This document shows, piece by piece, positions 35,401 through 45,000 of a stretch of DNA of 60,806 nucleotides. Source of the DNA: a virus (lineage: Duplodnaviria > Caudoviricetes); the IMG/VR virus record IMGVR_UViG_3300042894_001153, positions 1 to 60,806 of that record; one strand, written 5' to 3'. Every line of letters begins with the position of its first letter. Position 1 is the stretch's first letter. The notes under the pieces were generated by a model, which was not told the DNA's origin, did not search any database, and saw nothing but the letters and a program-made list of their open reading frames with translations. Made by a program: the position numbers and the translations under genes.

Positions 35401-37063
35401 TCGCTTCAGGAACTGCTTCAGTTACCTCTTCAGCTTGAGCCACCTCTTGTATAACCTCCTCTTCCAACGGAGCTTCTTGAAGTGCTTTTATCTTTTCCTT
35501 TAACTCGCTTGCTTTAGTTTTAGCGACCTCGGTTTTATTGCCTTCTAACTTATTTAGCTCCAACTGTAATTTAGCCATCTCGTTTAGAGTTGGTTCATTA
35601 ATCTCAGGGTTGGCCTCTTGTATTTGTTTTTTGGTTGAAAGCTCTTCTACTCTATTCTGCAACTTACCTGCTCTTCCATCGTAGTCATTGTCGATTTGTA
35701 TTTTTGCTGCTTGTAGCTGCTCTAACGTCATTGTCTCAATCAAGTTGTCCAATGTCTCGGCAGGAACTTTTTCTCCGTTTACCTTATAGGTTGGCTTAGC
35801 GTATCTTGCAGCAATCATATCCTTTACAGAACCTGGGACTTCAGCAATACCTTCTAAAGCTATCTCTGATATATCCATCTCTTGACCTGCAGCCAATCTA
35901 CCTCCTACCTCACCAATAGAGCCACCTACGGCTTCTACGCCACCTGCAGCAGCAATAGATGCTGCCTTCCTTCCTTTGCTCGCTACATCGGCAGCTATAT
36001 CTCCACCTTTGGTTAATACTTTAGAGCCAATCTTACCACCTAACTTACCCGTAAAGGCATCGATAGCTCCAATTGCAATACCCCTTGCAACTGCTTTATT
36101 TCTTATATCGGTATATACTTCGGGGTTATTTAATAACTCTTGAATTACCTCTTTTGTTAATTCTCTTCCACCTGCTTTCTCTTGAAGCAATTCAGCGAAT
36201 GTACTTCCCATCTCTAATACTGTTCCTGCTGCTGCAAATGCATATGGCAAAGAAGCCAATCCACCTGCTATTGCTCCTGCTCCTAATCCTACCACTGTTC
36301 CTGCAGGCCCTACAACTGTACCTGCTGCTCCTGCAGCTGATGCACCTACTCCTGCCCCTGTTCCAATTACACCACTTGCAGCTAACCAAGCATCTGAGTT
36401 ATTGGCCATAGCTGACATTGAGCTAAGTGTTAGTTCAGCGATAACGCTTGGATTTTTAACTAATCCTAAAACAACACCCATAAAACCTTTTCCATTCTCT
36501 TCGTAGATTCTTTGGTAATCTTGCATCTCTTGAGATGACCCAATTTCAGCTGCGCTTTTTTGAGCATCGATGAAACTTTGGATATCCTCTAAGTTTGCAT
36601 AAGAACCTTTTAGTAGTAAATCAGATGCATTTTCTGCAGCTATACCTTGTCTTCTACCTTGTGCGATACTACGAGCCATATCATCGATAAAGTCTCCCAT
36701 ACCGAGGCCTGTGCCTGCATCGACTGCATTCAATAATTTACCAAATGTTCCTGTAAAATAATCTTCCTCAGTAATTGGAGATACCGATGAACCAACTTCC
36801 AAAGATGAACCCGTATCTCCTTTTTTTTTTAGAGTTCCATTGGATACCAATTCATTGAATCTATCTCCATATTTATTGATTAATTCTTGTTCAGAATACA
36901 CGTTTCCAACAGGTGTAACATATTCCAATGAACTACCCTGAGCCTCTTCTGTTGCAGGGGTCAATATCCCTTGTGATACCAAATCATCAAATCTATCTTC
37001 GTATTTAACTCTTAACTCTTCTTCAGAGTAGATGTTTCCTTTTGGAGTTTTATAATTGCTCAT
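29441..37063 (-). CDS. Giant internal virion / DNA-ejection (polyvalent) protein with a zincin-like motif
   Basis: 2540 aa; N-terminal Y.TP.GN.YSE.EL repeat, Gly/Ala hydrophobic segment, HEVAH...EEYLAE; last of three ejection-type genes. Confidence 0.75.
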   Translation of the reverse strand: MSNYKTPKGNIYSEEELRVKYEDRFDDLVSQGILTPATEEAQGSSLEYVTPVGNVYSEQELINKYGDRFNELVSNGTLKKKGDTGSSLEVGSSVSPITEEDYFTGTFGKLLNAVDAGTGLGMGDFIDDMARSIAQGRRQGIAAENASDLLLKGSYANLEDIQSFIDAQKSAAEIGSSQEMQDYQRIYEENGKGFMGVVLGLVKNPSVIAELTLSSMSAMANNSDAWLAASGVIGTGAGVGASAAGAAGTVVGPAGTVVGLGAGAIAGGLASLPYAFAAAGTVLEMGSTFAELLQEKAGGRELTKEVIQELLNNPEVYTDIRNKAVARGIAIGAIDAFTGKLGGKIGSKVLTKGGDIAADVASKGRKAASIAAAGGVEAVGGSIGEVGGRLAAGQEMDISEIALEGIAEVPGSVKDMIAARYAKPTYKVNGEKVPAETLDNLIETMTLEQLQAAKIQIDNDYDGRAGKLQNRVEELSTKKQIQEANPEINEPTLNEMAKLQLELNKLEGNKTEVAKTKASELKEKIKALQEAPLEEEVIQEVAQAEEVTEAVPEATTEEEFDQLDEEDQLSFLEQANGDRQSAINLFAEDNKKAQDIWQGTFPTETQEQVQTEESTQETVSSKTQTGTSVTNKSALDQVRETIGDKQKLSIIDSAQKVLTTLKSVLPNFDIIVHDSDDSYGAAMSGIDGNAESVGNFSYSKNEDGSYVGRIDINLNKANNRTVAHEVAHGIMLKTFGENPETFKTFRNRLSSVLSDSSNQKLMDFANKYSEIDSYEEYLAELTAALEQQEGSLSPSTIQKIASIINEFVSNVTNGKFKPFQNTKDTKQAIEFFSNISSSIRKGEAVNPADIEAIQQGLSVPIGSPTVVTNKAQKYSKLSFPEEPLPLSFVTNADKIDIEALIDDIIAKKQKVWFWMADQLGRGSYYDEVIQGEHYLDAGPSFALDPENRSKKILWASGLAEKTLANNINESDYIFFISGSPDKAKLFNKRVINLLEERINKTSDFNSFKEAINNFPKETVELKTLKEALNKVNSFKELADSSSRKPFLLAISNIGDLKTTLKGSLKELLESFNAFIDYNELRDGFYKENNFSQNDIMLVGKPTGLAGKANHSTYEFAIGGEVIGVPDKKVDSWEIMPNSVKEKYKEGYKFIDAKTGKEKTRGKLSAAQKIKIIAAETGIIRKLGSEVKSKAQLAEDSNVVKFIKDARAQGISEAAIKITLRRGGVSNEDIVSGLEKAKGKASVRTEISETLLDGYDRLMTEVDGIIKKSKGRGRTDEQIAKNVIEYIMGSKAYENATDVQREKLVRDARKMMGLKEKSAPSAGRLIGIIKDIKNITMSEKELLYKRLKDFEEGAKTAKQAWANASKQLAEEVSELEKKGKITASQMSDVLSKFSKVNMFNPASVERFIDYMSKVFNDADYANKMANANTKRKNALANVGTKIGISDILAPKLQKLFSINPSLIPMSVLDKYISLVNTFSQRKAVLSLPPLSDMINMSDDVLNAIRDEESAAMELADRFNATKNKVYNDDGSLNYADTLKEMLIKEDITEDELELMKKYKSKILPKKAAVELTEAEKEEIKKELIKEINNSDVMQISSLPSRDERNLAGRLERLLKTDGLKSLSINELQNILKVLDNINNGYLPTYAQLAVEQINAQNNNKQLSSSIKIAKTLPITAIYSRIKSIVTKKGAIEEMVRRNPLFYIDQLFGNYETKNIFDSLLGMASQASSKFRSELKTVQDKISKAEQDVINSFGNDHNSFVLSKYKQMAYMIQEEFLSNPNNKQVNNVIGFLKETIKRIDTETTSFKKGDADMLQSILKNFSNGDVFDNEALYNSFNDAEKRSIDTLQNINLELGPKAVYTAAIIRGDKIKPLENYVHLNVIPDTSRDDVMATASFIANVENRFNPSTKAKSLVERTGKISALNFDVYSSVQKSAKFVLMDYHLTEPIRTARRTLNLTEKSLTENDRMDSNIRPIFNAIKEAFNEATSNLLENSYTETSFGDEVFNFIKKQGYRAILASPVRFVGELTSNASFALIVDPKGFMAGAKLFKFITSPEALQAMNNLNSTETNRIFPTNSLSGKFVDTSVLNEAKGTKGSRAKSNFSNTISKLWNSTAQKWVNGVELTADALISTPDKLIMRPMWFGAFENRFKELTGKSPDFTKIAANDEAYMNENQDALKQARELADKRAVMAGSTDNAFMGMLKGTSKPNQSIYKKAFNAFNNFMSNFLINEYTTTRTGVMAMVGRGEMSQRQGAAVVAAVMTRMILYTLIGQMLAESLTGMFDGDDEEDELDGAEPKNKSIDKKLGQAFASAFTSLLFGRDFGNATKGIINFGVEEFNKEQLDFLREGDYDPYKDAIQYTIMPTEKPGRPTGISDFLMKFTAAYGPILKTADLIVRKATEPEKKTAEARQRQEDEKYVRIPLEVLGNLGFIPMYKDIRKVVLQNIYKDLEKAERTAGDKKKAKEEMLQGYESETDMKRYDRELWERTYGPNSPDYDAIKAKKDLDKEKRRIKQQLKDEMYNYTPKSKRKKKSENTFGETSF
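35194..35209. repeat. Palindrome copy 12 GTGTCTTTGAAGACAC (inside the giant protein)
   Basis: Read directly; extends to CTGTGTC/GACACAG. Confidence 0.95.
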
Positions 37064-37072
37064 ATATTATTT

Positions 37073-38950
37073 TTATTTAATTGGTACTCCTTCTGCGTCA
37101 ACTTGAACACCTGAAGTTACTGCTGCTGCAGCTCCTTTTGGGTTTAATACATCTGATAAGAAATTTGACAGGTCTACCTGTGCATCTTTTTCTCCTCCTG
37201 ATGTCCAATTGTTAGCGTCTAAAACAAGTTTTTTATTTCCTACTGTTAAGGTTAATTCATTGCCGTATGTTCCACCTGTAGTCTCAATTACTAAGTCAGG
37301 TATGCTTTGTATCACGTCCATCTTCTCAAGCTCTGCCTTAAGGTCGTCTTCTTCTAAATTAAAATTTAATTTTCCAACCTTTTCTCTGATGTACGCATCT
37401 TTATTTGCTGCATTTGTTAAGCCAACTGACGCTGATGAGGTAGTCCCCGAAGTGGTTGTAGCTTTAAATAACTCATCAAAATTTGAAAATTCTGCATCTT
37501 TAATGTATCCACCTTTTATTAAAGCAGTTGATATATCCTTTTGACCTGTTAACAATGGAGCTGCTGCCTTTATAAAATCTTCTTGACTTAACAAAGAACC
37601 CATTGCACTGTAAAAAGGGATTTTTTTTTGCTCTATTTGTCCATTTTCTTTTGTGTAAACAATAGTTATTCCTTTATTATCCCTTGTTACATCTTTTATT
37701 CCTGGCCTAAAATCTCTAAAATAGTTAACAGCGCTTTCTATATCAGCACTATATCCACCCCAAAGATTACCTATTTGAGATATAGCATCTTTTGTTTCTT
37801 TTTTGGCTTGATTAGCTTGGTACATATACTCAGGTTGATACGTCGGAGCTGTATAATCAGATACCTCTTGCACCTTTTCAGTATGGTCTATTGCACCTCT
37901 TAAAACTGTACGTAAACCATCTTTCGCAATCTCTCTTTGCTTCTTACCAATCTCGCTCTCAAAGTCAGGAACAACATTCCCATCAACCTGTTTCAATAGA
38001 ATGGTATTCTCATTCTGCTCTTCAGCGTTAAATGTAAAGTTGAATTTCTGACCACCAATATTTCTTAGGTTATCAGTAAGTAATGATGTGGTATTGTACA
38101 TAGACAATTGTCCTTCCAACCAAGAATCTTCTACTTTGTCAAATGTAGCCATCTGCGCTGCATCTTCTTGTGTTATCCATCCTTTTTTAAGCCACTCATT
38201 AATCTTTGATTGATTCCTGAACATTGGGTCTGATATAGTTGTAATTGTACCCTTAGCTAATCGACTACCAACTTTTCTTGCAATTGTCTCAAACTTACCA
38301 AAGGATTGCTTTCCTTGAGCAACAGCTGCATCCATATTATACTTATCAAACTTCGCAGTTGTTCTGTTCCTTAAGTTATTTACACCAACTAATTTATTTG
38401 GGTCTGAATCTAATTGTCCTTTTTCATTCTTAAAGCCAACCATAACATTACCTGTCAACGGGTCAATTACAAGCTGCGAGTTATTAAAGTTACCAAATCC
38501 CTCAACAGACTGCATTAGATATACCTCTAACTCTTGAGATGATGCATTCGGGTCGTTTGACTTAAGCCTTGCCATCTTGTTAGCGTATTCATTTTGATAA
38601 TCCTGAAGGACAGAAAAAGTTTGGTCTGTACCATCAGCTAAGTTCTGCCTTGCGATTGTATAGTCCTTTGGTTTTAACTGACCACTCTTAAGCGCAGCAT
38701 TTAACATTAATAAATAACTTTGAGCATCAGCTCCAAATCTTAATCCATATTCACGGACATTCTTAGAATCACCCATAGGAGTGTTCTGAAGAACCTTTAT
38801 TTGCTCACGGGTAGCTCTATCTATCTCAGCCTTCTTCTCTTCTCTTACACGAGCTTCCTCGCTTAGCATTCCTGAAAAGTTCGCCCCTACCTCTGCCCAA
38901 TTTATCTGAGCTGTAGGTGGCTGACTTACGTATCCTATTTTAGTTGCCAT
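37073..38950 (-). CDS. Internal virion / ejection protein
   Basis: 625 aa, helical; position between the small and giant ejection genes. Confidence 0.6.
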   Translation of the reverse strand: MATKIGYVSQPPTAQINWAEVGANFSGMLSEEARVREEKKAEIDRATREQIKVLQNTPMGDSKNVREYGLRFGADAQSYLLMLNAALKSGQLKPKDYTIARQNLADGTDQTFSVLQDYQNEYANKMARLKSNDPNASSQELEVYLMQSVEGFGNFNNSQLVIDPLTGNVMVGFKNEKGQLDSDPNKLVGVNNLRNRTTAKFDKYNMDAAVAQGKQSFGKFETIARKVGSRLAKGTITTISDPMFRNQSKINEWLKKGWITQEDAAQMATFDKVEDSWLEGQLSMYNTTSLLTDNLRNIGGQKFNFTFNAEEQNENTILLKQVDGNVVPDFESEIGKKQREIAKDGLRTVLRGAIDHTEKVQEVSDYTAPTYQPEYMYQANQAKKETKDAISQIGNLWGGYSADIESAVNYFRDFRPGIKDVTRDNKGITIVYTKENGQIEQKKIPFYSAMGSLLSQEDFIKAAAPLLTGQKDISTALIKGGYIKDAEFSNFDELFKATTTSGTTSSASVGLTNAANKDAYIREKVGKLNFNLEEDDLKAELEKMDVIQSIPDLVIETTGGTYGNELTLTVGNKKLVLDANNWTSGGEKDAQVDLSNFLSDVLNPKGAAAAVTSGVQVDAEGVPIK

Positions 38951-38955
38951 AATTA

Positions 38956-39828
38956 TTATTGAAATATTCCTTTAGGTACAAATGGTTGATTCATTGCTTT
39001 CCCTTTATCGGTTAATACATAGTTTGTATCTATTTTTTCCCATTTATTTGTTGTACTGTTCCATACATATCCTTTTCTACTCCAAGCCTTTGTGTCGGGG
39101 TCAAATGTAAATTCATCGTCAGGATTTTGAGGAGCTGGAGGCCCAACAAGTCCTGCGCCAAATGGATTTGTAATAGCATCAACAGGAGGTTTATTTGGGT
39201 CTATCATAGATGGAGCGATTGGAGCATTTTCAGTTTTAGGGCCTTGCGTTAATGTGCCTGCTGCATTGCCCATTGATTGAGGCGTAAATAATGGTATCAT
39301 CTGCAATCCTTGTTGAGCAAAGTTTGCAATACCTTGTATCCCTTGTTGTTTAGCCATCTGAGATGCCAATCTTGCATCAGCAGCTGCCTGTTGATTTCCT
39401 GCAAGTTCTTGAACATCTAACCCAACATTAACATCTCTTAGTCTTGATTCCTCTTCCAAGATAGCGTTCTGAATGTTTTGCATATCCACGCCCTGTCTAT
39501 TGGATATATCCTGTTGCCCTGCTTGCTGAGATGCCAATAACTGACCTGCAACTGCACCTGCGCCTCTCTTACTCTCAGCAGCCGCCTGAGCTATCTGCGC
39601 GCCTGCACTTAGCATCGCTAACCTCTCTTGGTTATACGGTTCTTTATTCACAGACATAGCCTCTGCATAATTTACCTGCAATCTTTGACGAGCTTCGGCC
39701 AATGCCTTTGCCGCATCAGCCTCAAAATCTTGCTGTTTTCTTTTTTGGTTTCCTGCTTGGATAAACGATGCAGCTGTTGTGCCTGCTGTTATTCCTAACC
39801 CAACGATACCTGTTACTAATCCTGCCAT
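38956..39828 (-). CDS. Small internal virion / ejection protein
   Basis: Gly-rich hydrophobic N-terminus and Gln/Ala-rich helices. Confidence 0.65.
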   Translation of the reverse strand: MAGLVTGIVGLGITAGTTAASFIQAGNQKRKQQDFEADAAKALAEARQRLQVNYAEAMSVNKEPYNQERLAMLSAGAQIAQAAAESKRGAGAVAGQLLASQQAGQQDISNRQGVDMQNIQNAILEEESRLRDVNVGLDVQELAGNQQAAADARLASQMAKQQGIQGIANFAQQGLQMIPLFTPQSMGNAAGTLTQGPKTENAPIAPSMIDPNKPPVDAITNPFGAGLVGPPAPQNPDDEFTFDPDTKAWSRKGYVWNSTTNKWEKIDTNYVLTDKGKAMNQPFVPKGIFQ

Positions 39829-40340
39829 AATAATTTTTTATTTAATATAATGTATTCAGGAAGTTCTAGGTAATTCTCTGTATAAATTTCCTTTTCTGCT
39901 TCCTGTACTGTTTTTTTATCTGTTCTATATACGCAAACCCATCTGCAATCCTCGTGCATATAAGCCACTCTTTGAGTTCCAATCTCTGTCATTATCTTCA
40001 TCGGAGCTTTAATTCTTTTAACCTCTCCGTTGTCCATAAGAATAGACATCTCGCCCGACAGAAAAAATGATGGGTGGTTTGTTAGATGGATAAAGCTTAC
40101 CACAAGAGAACCCTTTGGCATAAAGACCTCCCTTGTGTATAGACCATCTTGTATATGGTGTATCAAAGGGAACGCCTCCTGCATCTCAGCTGTGTTATGG
40201 ACTACTGACCCATCTATGCCAATTAAAGTACGCTTAAACTCATCTATAGCCTCCCAAAGAATACCTCTGTTTAAATCAATAAACTTTAATAAATCTTCGG
40301 GTCTATCTTTCTTCTGTTTAAACAAACTTAATATACCCAT
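39816..40340 (-). CDS. Cupin-like protein
   Basis: HH..DGLYTREVFMPKG..V...IH...H; GTQR..Y.HED..W. Confidence 0.7.
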   Translation of the reverse strand: MGILSLFKQKKDRPEDLLKFIDLNRGILWEAIDEFKRTLIGIDGSVVHNTAEMQEAFPLIHHIQDGLYTREVFMPKGSLVVSFIHLTNHPSFFLSGEMSILMDNGEVKRIKAPMKIMTEIGTQRVAYMHEDCRWVCVYRTDKKTVQEAEKEIYTENYLELPEYIILNKKLLWQD

Positions 40341-40363
40341 ATCTTTTCACAAAGATAATATTT

Positions 40364-41161
40364 TTAAGGGAAAGATTTCATTACTTCTGATTCGACAGAA
40401 AATAATTCAACTTTAGTGGTGCTATTGTTCTCAATATCGAATACGCAGTAGTGTCCAAGAACACCCTGAGACTCAGCTATAGAGTTTTTAATAAATAGAA
40501 AGTATGATGTTTGGCCTACTATTGGAGTAGTTCCTACTGCTGTTGTATTTATTATTACGTTATTGATGCCTGCCCTAATATTTATATTTACCTGAGTAAC
40601 CTGTCCCGCCCAAAGAGGACTGATTGTAGTTGTCCCTGTAGAAAAATACAGCATATCACCAACGCTAATAATATTACCAATCTCCATCGTTAACGGAAAA
40701 TCTACCTGAGCTATTCCTGCGCCTATTGCTACAGCAGAGCTTCTTCCGATACCGTCCAATGACCTTAGAGCATACTCAGATGGAGTGGCGGGTGTTGTGC
40801 CTAAATTACGAACAAATCCATACCAAGTCTGCTCCTTCTTCTCAAGCCAATCCCTATCGATGAAGCCTGAGTCTTGGATATCCGTAATTAAGTATGACTC
40901 CCAATTGTTGTCTCCCTCGAATGCTAAGGTCTTAAATAGCTTATTGTCAAGTGGGGCATCGTTTAGCACACTCTTTAGTGTAGATGTATACTGAGTTCCA
41001 TAGAAGTTATTCCTTACCTCATTGACATTATGTCTGTACAGGTTTCCTTGATAGAAGGTGTAGAAATAGTTATTCATCCCAATCATCCAATCAGGATAAT
41101 ATGAGTAAAAGGATGGAAACCCCTTAACCTCTTCGCTGTATGTTAATGTATAGTTTGACAT
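40364..41161 (-). CDS. Tail stabilisation protein, C-terminal part
   Basis: TLTYSE..KGFPSFYSY.PD, NNFYG, K.FKTL..EG. Confidence 0.7.
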   Translation of the reverse strand: MSNYTLTYSEEVKGFPSFYSYYPDWMIGMNNYFYTFYQGNLYRHNVNEVRNNFYGTQYTSTLKSVLNDAPLDNKLFKTLAFEGDNNWESYLITDIQDSGFIDRDWLEKKEQTWYGFVRNLGTTPATPSEYALRSLDGIGRSSAVAIGAGIAQVDFPLTMEIGNIISVGDMLYFSTGTTTISPLWAGQVTQVNINIRAGINNVIINTTAVGTTPIVGQTSYFLFIKNSIAESQGVLGHYCVFDIENNSTTKVELFSVESEVMKSFP

Positions 41162-41170
41162 ATTATATTA

Positions 41171-42085
41171 TTATGGGCATAATCCTTTTAAAATTACAAT
41201 TCCGTCTTGAACTTGCATCCACGCCCCCAATATAGCATAGTATCCGTTAGGTAGTATAAACTGTCCATTTGGGTCAGAGAATACCCAATCAAAATAATTA
41301 GGATTACCTGCTGTCCCTGTAACAGGCACATTATAATACGTCTGAGTTATTGACAATGGGCAAGCCAAAGCAGAACTCGCTTGCCCTATAGATGACGAGT
41401 ATCCCGTAAGTATTGTTGGACAAGACACCTCTAATACAGAACCGAGTAAATCTGTGCAAGGACTTGTTGTTGTTATATTTATAGTGGATGGAGATGCGTT
41501 TATTTTTGGTACAACCATAACACAAAATCCTGGGTTTGTACTTACGCTCAATGAAACATCTCCTGCATTTACGGTAACGGGTACAACGCTTCCTGAAGAT
41601 ACATAAGCCCCATTTGTATAAACATACTCAGGGAGCAAATATGAGCTTCCTGATATACCACAATCATAAACTGTATTACCAATAAAGGTTAACCTTGTAG
41701 GGTCTGTTGATTTGTGTAATCCATCTACGGGTGAGCTTAATTTATTGTAGGTAAGACCATCGTATGTCGCAGCAATTCCATCAGGAATGTTATTTGGATT
41801 AAACCTTATTATTATCGCACCCGTAGAGGCAGTTCCTACATTAACCTGTGTTTGGAAAAACGCAGGGCCAACCAATGAGCTTATAGATACATCACAGGTA
41901 ACAGCACAGGAAGGACATACCTGAGCAGGCAATAGAATACATCCTACCAACTCTCTCGATATTATACCATCTGAATAAAATCCATCCGCAGCACAAACTG
42001 TTAGTGCCGCATCGGTGTATACTGATGTTGAATTTGAAAATGAAGCTCCGTCTATATAAAAATTAGGCATATTATTTAAGGGCAA
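41171..42085 (-). CDS. Cys-rich structural protein
   Basis: VYTDAALT..AADGFYSDG repeat-like motifs; tail module. Confidence 0.6.
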   Translation of the reverse strand: MPLNNMPNFYIDGASFSNSTSVYTDAALTVCAADGFYSDGIISRELVGCILLPAQVCPSCAVTCDVSISSLVGPAFFQTQVNVGTASTGAIIIRFNPNNIPDGIAATYDGLTYNKLSSPVDGLHKSTDPTRLTFIGNTVYDCGISGSSYLLPEYVYTNGAYVSSGSVVPVTVNAGDVSLSVSTNPGFCVMVVPKINASPSTINITTTSPCTDLLGSVLEVSCPTILTGYSSSIGQASSALACPLSITQTYYNVPVTGTAGNPNYFDWVFSDPNGQFILPNGYYAILGAWMQVQDGIVILKGLCP

Positions 42086-45000
42086 TTAATTGGGTCGTTA
42101 CAGGCAAAGGTAAATGGATTCAATATCAATGAGTCAGGAACTAATAAACCTGTGTTTACAATTGTTCCACAGAAGAATGGGCCACCTACAATCAACTCTA
42201 TCTGCACCGTATCTCCTATAGCAAATCCATAGGTGTCAACAGGAGCTACATAGGTCAAACCATCGCTACACCCAACAAGAACATACGATTGAACAGGCTC
42301 TTGGTTAATGCATCCACAACAAGAATCAACAAGGTCAGTGCCAAAGCATAAGTCTATAGGTGTGCTATTTCTATAATCCCAAACCATATACAGATAATTA
42401 CCACTAACGGGCATTGCAAATTGTCCATCGTAAGTTGTGTTCCCCAATGTTGGAGGGTTTATAGGAGTTATAGTAGTAGCCACTGCAAGTAATGCTTGAA
42501 TATCTACAGGAGTATTTGCATAAAGCGTACTTGTTCTGTGGTATCTAAAGTTATTGACAAATTCATTAAATGTAAAATCATCAGGAACAATGGTATTGTT
42601 GAACATAGTAACCGTAGCTCCATCTGTTGGTATTACTCCACCACCCTGACCTCCTGTTATTAGTGAATACTGCGATACTATAGGGTTAAAGTTAGATAAT
42701 GAAAATTGTATATTCTGAGTATGCAACGGTGAGACAAATGTTCCACTTGACCACCTATACTGATTTGTTGTAAATAATCCTGCCTCAGAGTTACTCGTTA
42801 CGGTAACCAATACAATAGTTATCTGTTGCACTATAGGACACTTTAAAGTCAACTGAATAGTTACGCTTCCTGTAGACGTAATATCTAACAGCATCGTTGT
42901 CACGTTAACTATATCCTTAGTAAAGTTTAATATTCCACTTGTTGAAGCATTAATAACTGAATATGTATTTCCGTTATAGTTTGCATTAATTGTAAATGTG
43001 CCTACCACAGATGATACAGAGTACTCAATATCTGTGCTACCAACTAACTCACCAAGGTCTATGCAGGTATTAAATGGATTGGTATTGGTAACTGTTATCG
43101 CTATGGTTTTGCCACACTCATCACATATTTCCTCTAAGGGCAACTGAATATCGTTATTTGTTATAACGTACTCATTCATATATGGGTCGTAGCCACCTAA
43201 CTTCTGAGTATTAAATGAATCTATAAATAAATCCCTAAACCAAGTCCTCATACCAAGCTGAGATATCACTGTCAATTGGTCACTGTTGTACGCTGTACCC
43301 GTTAACTGTATTACAGAACCTCTCTTAGCGTCCGTAAAGAATTTATCCGAACCCCACTGAGCAAAGCTCTCAGGATTATTAGATATGCCAAACTCTTCAA
43401 TCCTTGCAATCTGAGTTCCAAGAACTTCAGGTATTGATGTCAATGCGCTTCCGCCTGCTGCATCTGATAGTAAATTCTTTCCTGCAAGTACGTATGATAT
43501 CTTATCCTCCTGTAGAGTCAGAACATCTGTCTCCCTTCCAAATAATTTATTGATAGGGCCAAACGACGTTTCTAATGGCTTATAGTTTAATAGACCAAGA
43601 TTAAATTCGTTTAGCTTGTTTATGTTTGACTCAGGATTAAAGATACCGCTATAGGTTATATCAGCGAATCTCCTTGATTCCTTATACTCAATAGTTGTGG
43701 TTATGTATGCTCTATTGCCTAATGTTAATTGTTTGCCATTTATAGCGTCCTGTATCTTATAGCTCTCTACTCCGTTACCAAAAGCGTAGCAATTGTAAAA
43801 ATCAGTAAGAACAATAGCAGGTGTATTAGGAAATTGTTGATTTTGAATATTCCCATTATGTTCTCCATTTGTAGTGTCAATGTCAAATACCTCACTTGAT
43901 TCATACCATAAATTAGGAGCAGCATCTAACGGTTGGGTTTCAAATACAATAATATTAGATGTTCTTATTACCTCTATTTTAATTTTATTGTTAGTCTCTG
44001 TTTTTTTTGTTGTAAATCCTATAATACCACTAAAAACAAGATACATTGGCGCACCTACACCTGCTTGCTCAAACTGAAGGTTAACGTCATCGGAACAGGT
44101 ATTTGCTCCACCGCCTGATAGGTTAATGTCATAAATTGCAATTGGTTCAGTTTTATTACAGGTTGCACTTCTTTGAGAGCTTGGGCCATTTAAAGTTGCT
44201 GCAACATTATCACCGTCCCACCAAGCTTTGAAACTTATATAATCCTGTGAAGCTGTAAAACTGCCTTCATATATATATTTTCTTCCCTCTATACCATAGT
44301 TACAGTCCTTGCCAATTCTTATGCTTTCAATATTTATATTTATTTTTGAGCCTGCAGGAATTGGTATATCTACAAAAGCGGGTGAAGGCCCTGCAGGATT
44401 TGGGTAATTTACTGTAAGATTAATTTGACCACAAGGGTTTTGTCTCGTTGTTGTGCTTGATATTTCACCCCAAGTAAAAACACTTGGCAATCCATCTGAT
44501 GTGTCCAATGATGCGCTAAAGTTATTTGCTCTTAACTTCATATATACTCCCTGCGGGACAGGTATAGTTGCACCTGCTCCATCTGTAGGTGGAGGGTTTA
44601 AAAAATCTGCTTGCTGTGCCTGTTTCTCTAATACAGTTGTATAGGCACAGGTATTTAAAGCTCCTGATGTATCTTTTTTTACTATAAGCTCATCTCCAAC
44701 CTCAACCTTCTGAGAGTTCTGTCCCTCAAGTAAAAAGTAATCAGCTCCTGATGTGGGGTCTCTAAAAAAGAACTGAGAGTAAATTGTCTCGTACGTATCT
44801 CTATCTGCCTTTATAACAAACTTATACCTTTTGGCCCAATACGGAGCTACCTGTCCAATTGGTATATTTATTTTTATTTGGTTTTGAAACTCAGATGCCG
44901 AGCAAGGTATGTGTATCGCATTGTTAGGGCCTACTAAAGCAGTAGACGACCTATTAAACTCATCCATATAGACAATACCGACCTCATAGCCTCTGTTACT

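Noticed and set aside
29441-37063. Virion RNA polymerase as in crAss-like or N4-like phages
   Set aside because: No catalytic DxDxD or T7-type motifs recognised; host-type promoters precede the early genes
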